A stretch of 64,000 nucleotides of DNA from assembly GCA_947085295.1 (NCBI GenBank), contig CAMTVX010000005.1:2149-66148 (forward strand), in the 5' to 3' direction. The DNA comes from an uncultured Alphaproteobacteria bacterium. Its GTDB lineage: Bacteria; Pseudomonadota; Alphaproteobacteria; UBA11222. This document shows positions 10,233 to 20,066 of the stretch, one piece after another (within the stretch, counting starts at the first letter, position 1; each line of letters begins with the position of its first letter). A program made the translations under genes and the position numbers. The notes under the pieces were generated by a model. It was not told the DNA's origin. It did not search any database and saw nothing but the letters and a program-made list of their open reading frames with translations.

Positions 10233-10556
10233 TCAGCCTTCTTTCTGGACCTGTTCCCTGGCCTTGGCCAATAATTCGTCCATTTCGCGACGAATCTGGT
10301 GGTCTGACTGGCTGACCCCCTTGGAGTCCAGATCGCCTTTTACCTTGCGCAGCACATCGTCATCACCGGCTTCCTGAAAGTCCGATTTCACGACCTCTTT
10401 GGCATAGGCATCCGCGTCAGCCCCGGAAAGCCCCATCTTTTCAGCAGCCCACAGGCCCAGAAGCTTGTTGCGTCGCGCCATTGCCTTGAATTCCAGTTCG
10501 GAATCATGGACAAATTTACGTTCAAAACCCTTTTCGCGTTCGTCAAATGTACTCAT
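10233..10556 (-). CDS. DUF1476 protein, F1Fo-ATPase inhibitor zeta-subunit-like
   Basis: 107 aa (MSTFDEREKGFERKFVHDSELEFKAMARRNKLLGLWAAEKMGL...DFQEAGDDDVLRKV) that closely matches my recollection of the Paracoccus zeta subunit (MTTFDDRERAHEAKFAHDAELNFKAEARRN...). Confidence 0.7.
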   Translation of the reverse strand: MSTFDEREKGFERKFVHDSELEFKAMARRNKLLGLWAAEKMGLSGADADAYAKEVVKSDFQEAGDDDVLRKVKGDLDSKGVSQSDHQIRREMDELLAKAREQVQKEG

Positions 10557-10760
10557 GGCTACTGCAAACTCCTCTTAAATCAACATTATGGCTTAGCATT
10601 AACGCGGTAACGGGGCGGGGGCAACGAATTCCCCGCCGATGGCGCCATCCAACCCTATATATAGAATGTTATGCGCATTGTGCGAAGCGGAGCTTTGGTT
10701 TAGGTTCCAACTTTACTTACCCAGTCCCGGATTCTCCCGGGAACATCCTCAAGGACGATT

Positions 10761-11525
10761 ATGAGCCGCCGTAGAAAAGTGTATGAAGGCAAGGCCAAAA
10801 TTCTTTATGAAGGGCCGGAGCCAGGTACGCTCATCCAGTATTTCAAGGATGACGCGACCGCAAACAATGGTAAAAAACACACCACCATTGTAGGCAAGGG
10901 TATCCTGAATAATCGCATCTGCGAGCATATCATGGTGCAGTTGGCGACCATTGGCGTGCCAACCCACTTCATTCGCCGCTTGAATATGCGTGAGCAACTC
11001 ATTCGTGCTGTTGAAATAATTCCACTTGAGGTTGTTGTGCGCAATGTTGCCGCCGGCTCCATCGCATCGCGTCTTGGCATTGAGGAGGGAACGCAGCTCC
11101 CCCGTTCGATCATCGAGTTTTATTACAAAAACGACGCGCTGAACGATCCGCTGGTGTCCGAAGAACATGTCACCGCCTTTGGCTGGGCCACGCCGCATGA
11201 AATTGACGACATCATGGCCATTGCCCTGCGGATCAATGATTTTATGAGCGGACTTTTTGCCGGTGTCGGCATCAAGCTGGTGGATTTCAAAATCGAATTT
11301 GGCCGCATGTATGAAAATGACATGATGCGCATCGTACTGGCCGATGAGATCAGCCCGGATTCGTGTCGGCTGTGGGATATGACGACCAACGAAAAACTGG
11401 ACAAGGACCGTTTCCGCCGCGATATGGGCGGTGTATCGGAAGCCTATCAGGAAGTTGCGCGGCGTCTGGGCATTGCCCCCGATCTGGAAAGCCGCCTGCA
11501 TGCGGTTCCCAAAGTTGTAAATTAA
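10761..11525 (+). CDS. purC: Phosphoribosylaminoimidazole-succinocarboxamide synthase
   Basis: 254 aa ([35 protein letters not shown]...) belonging to the SAICAR synthetase family. Confidence 0.9.
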   Translation: MSRRRKVYEGKAKILYEGPEPGTLIQYFKDDATANNGKKHTTIVGKGILNNRICEHIMVQLATIGVPTHFIRRLNMREQLIRAVEIIPLEVVVRNVAAGSIASRLGIEEGTQLPRSIIEFYYKNDALNDPLVSEEHVTAFGWATPHEIDDIMAIALRINDFMSGLFAGVGIKLVDFKIEFGRMYENDMMRIVLADEISPDSCRLWDMTTNEKLDKDRFRRDMGGVSEAYQEVARRLGIAPDLESRLHAVPKVVN

Positions 11526-11546
11526 ATATCGGCTATCGGTGATTAT

Positions 11547-11789
11547 ATGAAGGCGCGTATCCATATTACCCTGAAAAAAGGCGTCCTGGACCCGCAGGGC
11601 AAAGCGATCGCCAATGCCCTTTCCCATCTGGGCTTTGACGGCGTGGAAGAAGTCCGCCAGGGCAAATATATCGAAATTGACCTCACCGGCAGCGACAGCA
11701 CCCAGGCCCGCGCCAAAGTGGATGCCATGTGCGCGCAATTGCTGGCTAATACCGTTATCGAAAACTATGCCGTTGAGCTGGAAGCGTGA
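11547..11789 (+). CDS. purS: Phosphoribosylformylglycinamidine synthase subunit PurS
   Basis: 80 aa ([30 protein letters not shown]), and it overlaps the purQ start by 4 bp. Confidence 0.85.
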   Translation: MKARIHITLKKGVLDPQGKAIANALSHLGFDGVEEVRQGKYIEIDLTGSDSTQARAKVDAMCAQLLANTVIENYAVELEA

Positions 11790-12481
11790 AAAGCTGCGTC
11801 ATCGTATTTCCCGGATCGAACTGCGACCGTGATGTGGCCGTGGCGCTTGCCGCCAGTAGCGGCACAGCCCCACAAATGGTCTGGCATGGCGAAACCGATT
11901 TGCCCAAATGTGATCTGATCGTTCTGCCTGGCGGCTTTTCTCACGGCGATTATCTGCGATCCGGTGCGATGGCTGCGCGCGCCCCAATCATGCGCGCGGT
12001 GATTGCCAGGGCGAACGCGGGCACCCCGGTGCTGGGCCTGTGCAATGGTTTTCAGATCATGACAGAAGCCGGACTATTACCCGGCGCGCTGATGCGCAAT
12101 GCGGGCCTGAAATTCATCTGCCGCGACGTGTTTCTAAAAGTCGAAAATACCGGCAACATCTTCAACCGCCGTTACACACAGGGACAAGTGGTGCGCATCC
12201 CCATTTCGCACCATGACGGCAATTATTTTGCCGATGCCGCCACACTGGACCGGCTGGAATCCACCGGCCGCGTCGCGTTTCGCTATTGCACAGCCGATGG
12301 TGTGGTGAATGCCGCCGCCAATCCCAATGGCTCGCTCAATAACATTGCCGGCATTCTGAACGAGGCAGGAAACGTACTGGGCATGATGCCACACCCCGAA
12401 CGCCTGATTGCGCCGGAACTTGGCGGCAGCGACGGCCGCGCCATGTTTGACGCCCTTGCTGGACTGCTGCAATGCGCATGA
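11786..12481 (+). CDS. purQ: Phosphoribosylformylglycinamidine synthase glutamine amidotransferase subunit
   Basis: 231 aa with the class I glutamine amidotransferase motif ([10 protein letters not shown]). It overlaps the purL start. Confidence 0.9.
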   Translation: MKSCVIVFPGSNCDRDVAVALAASSGTAPQMVWHGETDLPKCDLIVLPGGFSHGDYLRSGAMAARAPIMRAVIARANAGTPVLGLCNGFQIMTEAGLLPGALMRNAGLKFICRDVFLKVENTGNIFNRRYTQGQVVRIPISHHDGNYFADAATLDRLESTGRVAFRYCTADGVVNAAANPNGSLNNIAGILNEAGNVLGMMPHPERLIAPELGGSDGRAMFDALAGLLQCA

Positions 12482-14667
12482 AAATCACACCGGAAATCGT
12501 CGCCGAACACGGCCTGAAGCCGGATGAATATGCGCATATTCTGCGCGTGCTGAACCGCGAACCCAATATCACAGAGTTGGGAATATTCTCGGCGATGTGG
12601 AACGAGCATTGCTCGTACAAAAGCTCGCGCGTATGGCTGCGCACCATGCCCACTACCGGCCCACAGGTCGTATGCGGCCCCGGCGAAAACGCCGGCGTCG
12701 TCGATATTGGCGACGGTCAGGTGGCGATCTTCAAGATGGAAAGCCACAACCATCCCAGTTTTATCGAACCCTATCAGGGTGCGGCCACCGGCGTTGGCGG
12801 CATCATGCGCGATGTGTTCACGATGGGCGCGCGCCCCATCGCCAATCTGAACGCCCTGCGTTTTGGCGCACCCGATAATGCCAAAACCCGGCATCTGGTG
12901 TCCGGCGTTGTGGCGGGCATTGGCGGCTATGGCAATTGCATTGGCGTCCCCACGGTTGGCGGCGAAGTAAATTTCGACCCCGGCTATAATGGCAATATTC
13001 TGGTCAACGCCATGTGCATCGGCATCGCCGATGCGGACAAGGTGTTTTATTCCACCGCCAGCGGCATTGGAAATCCTGTCGTTTATGTCGGATCAAAAAC
13101 CGGCCGCGACGGCATTCACGGGGCCAGCATGGCGTCGGCGGAATTTGACGAAAACTCCGAAGAAAAACGCCCCACCGTACAGGTCGGTGATCCGTTCACG
13201 GAGAAATTGCTGCTGGAAGCCTGCCTGGAACTGATGGCGGGCGATGCGGTGATCGCCATTCAGGATATGGGTGCGGCTGGCCTTACCTGTTCAGCCGTCG
13301 AGATGGCGTCCAAAGGCAGGCTAGGCCTGGCGCTCGATCTCGACAAGGTGCCGTGCCGCGAAGCGGGCATGACCGCCTATGAAATGATGCTGTCCGAAAG
13401 CCAGGAACGCATGCTGATGGTGCTGCACCCGGACCGCGTTGATGCGGCGCGCGCCATTTTCAACCGCTGGGAACTGGATTTCGCCATTGTCGGTAAAACC
13501 ACCGATACGGGCCGTTTTATCATCCACCACAAAGGTGAACAGGTTGCCGATCTACCCGTCGATGTATTGGCCGAACAGGCCCCTGTCTATCAGCGCCCCT
13601 GGACGCCCACGCCACCCGCGCCATATTTATCTGCAACAGATATTCCCGATACGGATGATCTGGGCGCAACCCTTGCCCGGTTGATGGGCGGCCCGCATCT
13701 GGCCAGCCGCCGCTGGATATGGGAACAATATGATCACATGGTCATGGGCGACACCGTACAACGTCCGGGCGGCGACGCCGCCGTGGTGCGCGTGCATAAC
13801 AGCCGCAAGGGTATTGCCGCCACCACCGATGTCACGCCGCGCTATTGCGCCGCGTCGCCCGTCGAGGGTGGCAAACAGGCCATCGCCGAAGCCTTCCGCA
13901 ATCTGTCCGCCGTCGGCGCAAAACCATTGGCCACCACCGACTGCCTGAATTTCGGAAATCCAGAACGCCCCGAAATCATGGGGCAGTTTGTCGGTTGTGT
14001 TCAGGGCATCAGCGAAGCCTGTATCGCACTGGACATGCCCATCGTGTCCGGCAATGTGTCGCTATATAATGAAACCATGGGTGCGGCGATACCGCCCACG
14101 CCTGCCATTGGCGCCATTGGCCTGCTGGAAGATATTGATCGCATGGCGACCATTGCCTTCAAACAGGATGGCGATGTGATTTTGCTTATCGGTGACAGCA
14201 ATGGTCATCTGGGGCAATCCATCTATGCCCGTGAAATTTCCGGACGCACCGATGGCGCGCCTCCGCCCGTTGATCTGGTGGCCGAACGCCGTAATGGCGA
14301 TTTTATCCGTGAACAGATCATTTCGGGAAATGTCACCGCTGCGCATGATATTTCGGATGGCGGCCTTCTGGTAGCGCTTGCCGAAATGGCGTTGGCCGGG
14401 GATCGGGGCTGTACGCTGAACCTGCCAAAAAAATCTGTTCTGCGTCATGCATATCTGTTCGGCGAAGATCAGGCGCGCTATGTGTTGAGCGCATCGCCCA
14501 TAAAGGCCGATGTCCTGATCGCGGCCGCAAACGCGCAAAATATTCCCGTAACAAAACTGGGTGCGGTAGGTGGACGCGATATCGTGCTGGACGGCAAGCC
14601 GGTGCATGCCGTTTCAGCCCTTCGCCATGCCCATGAAAACTGGTTTCCCCACTATATGGAGGGCTGA
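12472..14667 (+). CDS. purL: Phosphoribosylformylglycinamidine synthase subunit PurL
   Basis: 731 aa with the AIR-synthase-related domain architecture of FGAM synthase II ([13 protein letters not shown]...). Confidence 0.9.
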   Translation: MRMKITPEIVAEHGLKPDEYAHILRVLNREPNITELGIFSAMWNEHCSYKSSRVWLRTMPTTGPQVVCGPGENAGVVDIGDGQVAIFKMESHNHPSFIEPYQGAATGVGGIMRDVFTMGARPIANLNALRFGAPDNAKTRHLVSGVVAGIGGYGNCIGVPTVGGEVNFDPGYNGNILVNAMCIGIADADKVFYSTASGIGNPVVYVGSKTGRDGIHGASMASAEFDENSEEKRPTVQVGDPFTEKLLLEACLELMAGDAVIAIQDMGAAGLTCSAVEMASKGRLGLALDLDKVPCREAGMTAYEMMLSESQERMLMVLHPDRVDAARAIFNRWELDFAIVGKTTDTGRFIIHHKGEQVADLPVDVLAEQAPVYQRPWTPTPPAPYLSATDIPDTDDLGATLARLMGGPHLASRRWIWEQYDHMVMGDTVQRPGGDAAVVRVHNSRKGIAATTDVTPRYCAASPVEGGKQAIAEAFRNLSAVGAKPLATTDCLNFGNPERPEIMGQFVGCVQGISEACIALDMPIVSGNVSLYNETMGAAIPPTPAIGAIGLLEDIDRMATIAFKQDGDVILLIGDSNGHLGQSIYAREISGRTDGAPPPVDLVAERRNGDFIREQIISGNVTAAHDISDGGLLVALAEMALAGDRGCTLNLPKKSVLRHAYLFGEDQARYVLSASPIKADVLIAAANAQNIPVTKLGAVGGRDIVLDGKPVHAVSALRHAHENWFPHYMEG

Positions 14668-14669
14668 AA

Positions 14670-14903
14670 ATGGCCATGCAGGCTTCGGAAATAGAACGCT
14701 TGATCAAGGAAGGCCTGCCCGGCGCAGAAGTCCGCATCGAGGATTTGCGCGGCGACGGCGATCATTACGCCGCCTTCGTTAAATCCGCCGCCTTCAAGGG
14801 AAAATCCCGGGTGCAACAGCACCAGATGGTCTATGCTGCCCTGAAAGGCAATATGGGCGATGCCCTGCACGCCCTTGCGCTGCAAACTTCAGTGCCGGAA
14901 TAG
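14670..14903 (+). CDS. BolA-family protein (IbaG/YrbA-like)
   Basis: 77 aa (SEIERLIKEGLPGAEVRIEDLRGDGDHYAAFVKSAAF), a BolA-like fold with a GGAGGG SD, lying immediately upstream of grxD. Confidence 0.7.
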   Translation: MAMQASEIERLIKEGLPGAEVRIEDLRGDGDHYAAFVKSAAFKGKSRVQQHQMVYAALKGNMGDALHALALQTSVPE

Positions 14904-14974
14904 GCCCTTACCCTTGAACTTGTCGTACACACGCATTACTTGAAAATTATCTCTATCCTTCAGGAACCCATGCC

Positions 14975-15310
14975 ATGAGCGAAATTACCATCCTTGATGA
15001 AATCAAAAACGCCGTTGATAGTACGGATGTCCTGCTGTTCATGAAAGGCTCGCCGCAATTTCCGCAGTGCGGCTTTTCATCGACCGTCTGTCAGATCCTC
15101 AATCAACTGGGTATCGAATTCAAAAGCGTCGATGTGCTGGCAAATGCAGAAGTGCGCGACGGGATCAAACAATTTTCAAGCTGGCCAACCATTCCACAAC
15201 TCTATGTAAAGGGTGAATTTCTTGGCGGCTGCGACATTGTGCGTGAAATGTATGAAAGTGGCGAACTGGCCGATTTCCTGACTGAGAAAGGCGTCGCCAC
15301 TTTATCATAA
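14975..15310 (+). CDS. grxD: Monothiol glutaredoxin (Grx4 family)
   Basis: Carries the CGFS active site in ...[22 protein letters not shown]...[18 protein letters not shown]. Confidence 0.85.
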   Translation: MSEITILDEIKNAVDSTDVLLFMKGSPQFPQCGFSSTVCQILNQLGIEFKSVDVLANAEVRDGIKQFSSWPTIPQLYVKGEFLGGCDIVREMYESGELADFLTEKGVATLS

Positions 15311-15329
15311 TTGGCGAAATCTCACACCC

Positions 15330-15890
15330 ATGATCCAGCTTCGCGCCGCCCGTCCAACCGACGCCGCCGCCATTGCCGCCATCCATGCGGACACGTGGCA
15401 GGAGACTTATGCCGGAATTCTACCGCCCGAGGCGATGGCGGCGAATAATTATGACGCCTGCCTGAAATTCTGGAAGCAGGAGCTTGTGCATTCACCGCAA
15501 GGCGTATTCCTCGCCGAAGATGATAAAATGGGCCCGATGGGTTTTGTCAGTGGCGGCCCCGCAACAGACCCAATTCGCATTGACACCGGCAATTTTCGCG
15601 GTGAAGTCCAAAAACTTTATGTCCGCCCGGTCTGTCAGGGCATGGGGCTTGGCGCGCAATTGCTGGAATCCGCCCTTGCCAATATGAGCCGCGCAGGTTA
15701 CAGCGCCGTAATGCTATGGGTTTTTGAGGATAACCCCGCCTGCAAATTTTACGACCGCATGGGCGGTCAGCCCATCGGCGAACGCACCACCGACTACAGC
15801 GGAAAAACCATGCGCGAAGTGGCCTATGGCTGGGGCGGTAAATTGCCCGCCCCAAAACCGCCTGAGCGCAAATCGCCAGCGCGGCGTTAG
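15330..15890 (+). CDS. GNAT family N-acetyltransferase
   Basis: 186 aa with acetyl-CoA binding motif A/B regions (...LYVRPVCQGMGLGAQLLESAL...). Confidence 0.65.
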   Translation: MIQLRAARPTDAAAIAAIHADTWQETYAGILPPEAMAANNYDACLKFWKQELVHSPQGVFLAEDDKMGPMGFVSGGPATDPIRIDTGNFRGEVQKLYVRPVCQGMGLGAQLLESALANMSRAGYSAVMLWVFEDNPACKFYDRMGGQPIGERTTDYSGKTMREVAYGWGGKLPAPKPPERKSPARR

Positions 15891-15926
15891 ATCGTTTCAT
15901 TATTTGACCGAATCGTCCCACTCCGG

Positions 15927-16061
15927 CGTCATTACGAGGAGCGAAGCGACGTGGCAATCCACCAAGCCTTCGCCAGAAGGCTACGGCTGGCAAAGGAGTC
16001 ACAAACTCAGGTCTTTGCGCGAGACTCTGGATTGCCACGCCTTCGGCTCGCAATGACAACG
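15927..16061. repeat. Nested palindromic intergenic repeat, family 1, copy 1 (135 bp, carries a 43-bp internal insert)
   Basis: Terminal inverted repeats CGTCATTACGAGGAGCGAAGCGACGTGGCAATCC ... GGATTGCCACGCCTTCGGCTCGCAATGACA. The internal module ACCAAGCCTTCGCCAGAAGGCTACGGCTGGCAAAGGAGTCACA is shared with copy 2. Confidence 0.8.
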
Positions 16062-16096
16062 CAGAGAGGGGTGATTCAATCTAATAATAAAACAGC

Positions 16097-16864
16097 CTAA
16101 AAATTGTCCTTGCGCTTGCGGGTTTCGGCAAACACTGACACCGCATCCGCACCGACCATGCCCAGGCTGCGTTGCAGGCTTTCACTCATCGGCCGCAAAA
16201 ACGGATTAGTCGCCAGTTCCAGGCCGATGCTGCTGGGCACTGTGGGAATGCCCTTGGCGCGGAGCGCGTCAATTTCTTTGGCGCGCGCAACCAGCGCTGC
16301 ATTTTCCGGATCCACACTCAACGCAAATCGCGCATTGGATTGGGTATATTCATGGGCGCAATAAACCTTGGTTTCGGGCGGCAGCGCCATCAGCTTTTGC
16401 AGGGATGTCCACATTTGCTGCGCGGTGCCCTCAAACAGCCGCCCGCAGCCCAGCGCGAACAATGTGTCGCCGACAAACGCCACCTTGTCCTGCGCAAACC
16501 AGTAGGCGATATGGCCTGCCGTATGCCCCGGCACATCAAATACCTTGGCGGTGGCGTTGCCGAATTTCACTTCGTCGCCATCGCCAACCTGGCGTTCGAT
16601 GGCAGGTATGCGTGCGGCCTCTGCGCGCGGGCCGATAATCTGGCAACCGGTTCTGGCCTTCAGTTCCTCATTGCCGCCCGCATGATCCGGGTGCCAGTGG
16701 GTATTCAGAATATGGGTAAGCCGCCAGCCCGTTTCATCCAGCGCCTTGAGAATGGCCGAAACCTCCGGCGTATCCACCACGGCCGTGACATTGGCCTCTG
16801 GTTCATGCACCAGCCAGGAATAATTATCATTCAGACAGGGGAATTGATGAATCTGCAATGGCAT
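16097..16864 (-). CDS. gloB: Hydroxyacylglutathione hydrolase (glyoxalase II)
   Basis: 255 aa with the metallo-beta-lactamase fold motif THWHPDHAGG. Confidence 0.85.
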   Translation of the reverse strand: MPLQIHQFPCLNDNYSWLVHEPEANVTAVVDTPEVSAILKALDETGWRLTHILNTHWHPDHAGGNEELKARTGCQIIGPRAEAARIPAIERQVGDGDEVKFGNATAKVFDVPGHTAGHIAYWFAQDKVAFVGDTLFALGCGRLFEGTAQQMWTSLQKLMALPPETKVYCAHEYTQSNARFALSVDPENAALVARAKEIDALRAKGIPTVPSSIGLELATNPFLRPMSESLQRSLGMVGADAVSVFAETRKRKDNF

Positions 16865-16929
16865 GGCGGCCTCCTCTGCAACTATATTTTGTTCATCCTA
16901 TCACAGGAATGCCGTTCTATAGTAGTGCC

Positions 16930-17652
16930 ATGCATCTTGATGTCATTGATCTTCACGCCTTTTACAGCAGCCCCCTGGGGGAGGCCGCCAGGAACGCTAT
17001 TAGCCAGAAAATCCGGCAGATCTGGCCAAATCTATTGGGCCAGTCCCTGCTCGGTCTCGGTTATGCAACCCCCTATATGCTGCCCTTCCAGGGGGAGGCG
17101 TTGCGCACGCTGGCGCTGATGCCGGCCAGTCAGGGCGTCATGCGCTGGCCCGGTGATGGCCCAAGCCTGACCGGGCTGGTCGACGAAACCCAGCTACCGC
17201 TGGCCGATGCGTCTATTGATCGCATCTTGCTGGTGCACAGTCTGGAAACCAGCGAACAAATCCGCCCCAGCTTACGCGAATTATGGCGCGTTCTGGCGCC
17301 AGGCGGAAAACTGCTTATCATCGCGCCCAACCGCATCGGCCTGTGGGCGCGCAGCGAAGCGACCCCATTTGGCCATGGCCGCCCGTTTTCGCGCAGCCAG
17401 CTAACGCACCTGATGCGCGATTGCCTGTTCTCGCCCGAACAATGGTCAGCCTCGCTATACATGCCGCCACTGGGGCGCATGATGATGCTGCGCAATCCCG
17501 ATGCGTGGGAACGCGTGGGAAAATTACTGTGGCCACGCTTTGCCGGTGTCTGGATGGTTGAGGCCAGCAAACAGATCTACGTCCCCATCCCGGAACAATC
17601 CACCGCCCGCATCCGGCAATTAATCACGGCGCAGTTGCAGCCCCGCGCCTGA
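16930..17652 (+). CDS. Class I SAM-dependent methyltransferase (type 11 domain)
   Basis: The methyltransferase region ...VLAPGGKLLIIAPN... identifies it, and it lies in conserved synteny next to gloB. The start is uncertain (ATG 16930 versus the track's 16858). Confidence 0.55.
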   Translation: MHLDVIDLHAFYSSPLGEAARNAISQKIRQIWPNLLGQSLLGLGYATPYMLPFQGEALRTLALMPASQGVMRWPGDGPSLTGLVDETQLPLADASIDRILLVHSLETSEQIRPSLRELWRVLAPGGKLLIIAPNRIGLWARSEATPFGHGRPFSRSQLTHLMRDCLFSPEQWSASLYMPPLGRMMMLRNPDAWERVGKLLWPRFAGVWMVEASKQIYVPIPEQSTARIRQLITAQLQPRA

Positions 17653-18282
17653 TTAATCCGCCCGCAACATAAACAGTGACTGCGCGGCCAGCAAATTGGC
17701 CAATGGCCGATATTTGTTGGCCAGACTGACCTTGCCTTCCTTGTCCAGGGCGATAAAGCGTTCAATCTTAACGCCCATGCTATTTGTCATATCCACAAAA
17801 TCATCGATTGAACACAGATGAATATTCGGCGTTTCATACCATAAATACGGCAAGGACTGCGTTACCGGCATTTGTCCGCTGAACAAAAAATGCAGGCGCA
17901 CCCGCCAATGGCCGAAATTTGGAAATGAAATAATCGCGCGCTTGCCAATGCGCACCATTTCCCGCACGACTTTTTGGGGCTCCCGCGTAGCCTGAAGGGT
18001 CTGGCTGAGAATCACATAATCAAACCCCCTGGTCGGATAATTTACCAGATCCGTATCCGCATCACCCTGCACCACCGAAAGACCCTGTGCCACCCCGGCA
18101 TTCACGCCCTTCTGGCTTAATTCAATCCCACGACAATCCACATCGCGCGTAGTATTCAGTAGACGGAGTAATTCGCCATCCCCACAGCCCACGTCCAGCA
18201 CGCGGCTGCCGGGTTCGATCATCCTGGCGATCAGTTGCAGATCAACACGACCACCATTTTGCAGCGCTGGATCAATCGCCAT
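17653..18282 (-). CDS. metW: Methionine biosynthesis protein MetW
   Basis: 209 aa ([15 protein letters not shown]...). It overlaps the metX stop. Confidence 0.8.
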   Translation of the reverse strand: MAIDPALQNGGRVDLQLIARMIEPGSRVLDVGCGDGELLRLLNTTRDVDCRGIELSQKGVNAGVAQGLSVVQGDADTDLVNYPTRGFDYVILSQTLQATREPQKVVREMVRIGKRAIISFPNFGHWRVRLHFLFSGQMPVTQSLPYLWYETPNIHLCSIDDFVDMTNSMGVKIERFIALDKEGKVSLANKYRPLANLLAAQSLFMLRAD

Positions 18283-19453
18283 TTTTTAACCCGCGCTTTT
18301 GGGCTGCCGCATTCAGAAACCCGGTCAGTGTCGCAAACAGTTCCGGTTCATCCAGCAAAAATGCGTCATGGCCCTTTTGTGTTTCAATTTCCACAAAACT
18401 GACATTGGCGGCGGATGCGTTCAACGCCTGCACAATATCGCGGCTTTCCGATGTCGGAAACAGCCAGTCGCTGGTGAATGAGACCACACAAAACCGCGTT
18501 GGCGTACCCCGGAAGGCTTCCGCCAGCACATCGCCATATTCCGCCGCCAGATCAAAATAATCCATCGCCCGCGTCAGATATAAATAAGAATTCGCGTCGA
18601 ACCGGTCAACAAAGGCCGATCCCTGATAACGCAAATAGCTTTCCACCTGAAAATCCGCTTCAAAGCCAAAACCAATTTTTTCACGGTCCTGCAGGTTGCG
18701 GCCAAATTTCTCGTGCAGCGCGGATTCCGAAAGATAAGTAATGTGCGCTGCCATGCGCGCCACTGCCAGGCCCTTTTCTGGCCGTTTATCCTGCGCCAGA
18801 TAATCGCCCCCGCACCAGTCCGGGTCCGCCATAATCGCCTGACGCCCGACCTCATGAAAGGCAATGTTTTGCGCCGAATGCCACGCCGCCGTCGCAATCG
18901 GGATCGCACAAAAAACTTTTTCCGGATAATCATAGGCCCATTGCAACACCTGCATGCCGCCCATCGATCCGCCAATGACACAGAACAATTGCTCAATGCC
19001 CAATGCTTCCACGAGGCGCGCCTGCGCATTTACCATATCGCCGATGGTGATCACAGGAAATGACAATCCATAAGGCTTGCCGGTCGACGGATTGATACTG
19101 GTTGGTCCCGTGCTGCCGATACATCCGCCAATGACATTGGCGCAGATCACGAAATACCGGTTCGTATCCACCGGCCGCCCCGGTCCGACAATCGTGCTCC
19201 ACCATCCCGGCCGCCCGGTAATCGGATGATTGCTCGCAACATATTGATCGAGCGTCAGCGCGTGGCATACCAGTATCGCGTTGGACCGATCCGCGTTCAG
19301 CGTACCATAGGTCTGATAGGCAATTTCCAGCGGGGCCAAGCTTACGCCACAATCCAGCAATAGCGGCGCATCCATGCCAAAGCGCATCACCGGCTCAAAG
19401 CGGGGCGCCGCCTGCCGTCCGTCAGAATTTTGATTTTCCGTGGCCGAATTCAT
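18272..19453 (-). CDS. metX: Homoserine O-acetyltransferase
   Basis: Alpha/beta hydrolase with the MetX N-terminal motif ([35 protein letters not shown]). I chose the start at ATG 19453 (MNSATE) over the track's 19525. Confidence 0.8.
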   Translation of the reverse strand: MNSATENQNSDGRQAAPRFEPVMRFGMDAPLLLDCGVSLAPLEIAYQTYGTLNADRSNAILVCHALTLDQYVASNHPITGRPGWWSTIVGPGRPVDTNRYFVICANVIGGCIGSTGPTSINPSTGKPYGLSFPVITIGDMVNAQARLVEALGIEQLFCVIGGSMGGMQVLQWAYDYPEKVFCAIPIATAAWHSAQNIAFHEVGRQAIMADPDWCGGDYLAQDKRPEKGLAVARMAAHITYLSESALHEKFGRNLQDREKIGFGFEADFQVESYLRYQGSAFVDRFDANSYLYLTRAMDYFDLAAEYGDVLAEAFRGTPTRFCVVSFTSDWLFPTSESRDIVQALNASAANVSFVEIETQKGHDAFLLDEPELFATLTGFLNAAAQKRGLKNGD

Positions 19454-19537
19454 GGCGCTACCTGTCCCATAAGGTACATCCGTGTCAAGTCCTGCCTGTT
19501 TATGGCTGAACAAGCCCCGACCCACCCCGAATTTTTC

Positions 19538-19963
19538 CTATAACAACCCCAGCGCCATCAGTTCGGCGCGCATTTCCAGAGGCATGGCGTTTTTGCCGCT
19601 GGTTTTACTGATATCCCTGGGCGCGTCCTCAGGCTTAAGATAGCGCCAGCCCTGAAACGGGCGGCGGGGGTGCGGTTGGGTGCGGACCAGTTTTGGGTCC
19701 AGGATCAGCGCGCAATGCGCCACCCCCTCGCGGTCTGTGTATGGGCGCAATTCCAGCAGCTTTTGCCGCGCCTGAATATGCCCCTTGATCACCCAGTAAA
19801 TCGATCCACCGCTCAGCAATTCATCACCCCGGCGCGGCGTCATGCGGGTGATATGTTGCAACACGCCGTCCTTGCGCTGACGAAGCTGCTGCCACGCCAC
19901 TAGTTCCTCGAACTGCGCAATACCGACGCACAATTTGATCAGATGCAAAGTCATTTTATGCAA
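19538..19963 (-). CDS. Conserved hypothetical protein (possibly the DUF1489 family; not verified)
   Basis: 141-aa ORF with good coding appearance but no recognisable catalytic motif. Confidence 0.35.
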   Translation of the reverse strand: MHKMTLHLIKLCVGIAQFEELVAWQQLRQRKDGVLQHITRMTPRRGDELLSGGSIYWVIKGHIQARQKLLELRPYTDREGVAHCALILDPKLVRTQPHPRRPFQGWRYLKPEDAPRDISKTSGKNAMPLEMRAELMALGLL

Positions 19964-19983
19964 AAGCCCCTAAATCTCGACTT

Positions 19984-20047
19984 GTCATTCTGAGCAAAGC
20001 GAAGAATCCCCCGCCACGGCGAGATTCTTCGCTTTGCTCAGAATGAC
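19984..20047. repeat. Perfect 25-bp-stem hairpin GTCATTCTGAGCAAAGCGAAGAATC...GATTCTTCGCTTTGCTCAGAATGAC; mini-member of repeat family 1 and possible terminator downstream of mccA
   Basis: Seen directly in the sequence. The stem termini (GTCATT..GCGAAG) resemble the family 1 termini, and it lies between the mccA stop and the next gene. Confidence 0.6.
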
Positions 20048-20066
20048 AATGAGTCGAAGAGAATAC

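Noticed and set aside
10557-10760. Purine/ZTP-type riboswitch upstream of purC
   Set aside because: A GGCGGGG/CCCCGCC hairpin is present, but I could not match the conserved pfl/ZTP or purine riboswitch cores, and purC is not a typical riboswitch-controlled gene. It is probably an ordinary divergent promoter region.
10749-11738. 329-aa minus-strand ORF
   Set aside because: It lies entirely antisense to purC, which has a strong homology signal. Long antisense ORFs like this are expected in a high-GC genome. The same applies to 23228-24424 (+) opposite mccB, 24437-25507 (+) opposite the thiolase gene, 45356-46645 (+) opposite cobT, 16172-17119 (+) opposite gloB, 38055-38903 (+) opposite tolA, and 53180-53890 / 54212-54952 (-) opposite the secreted protein gene.
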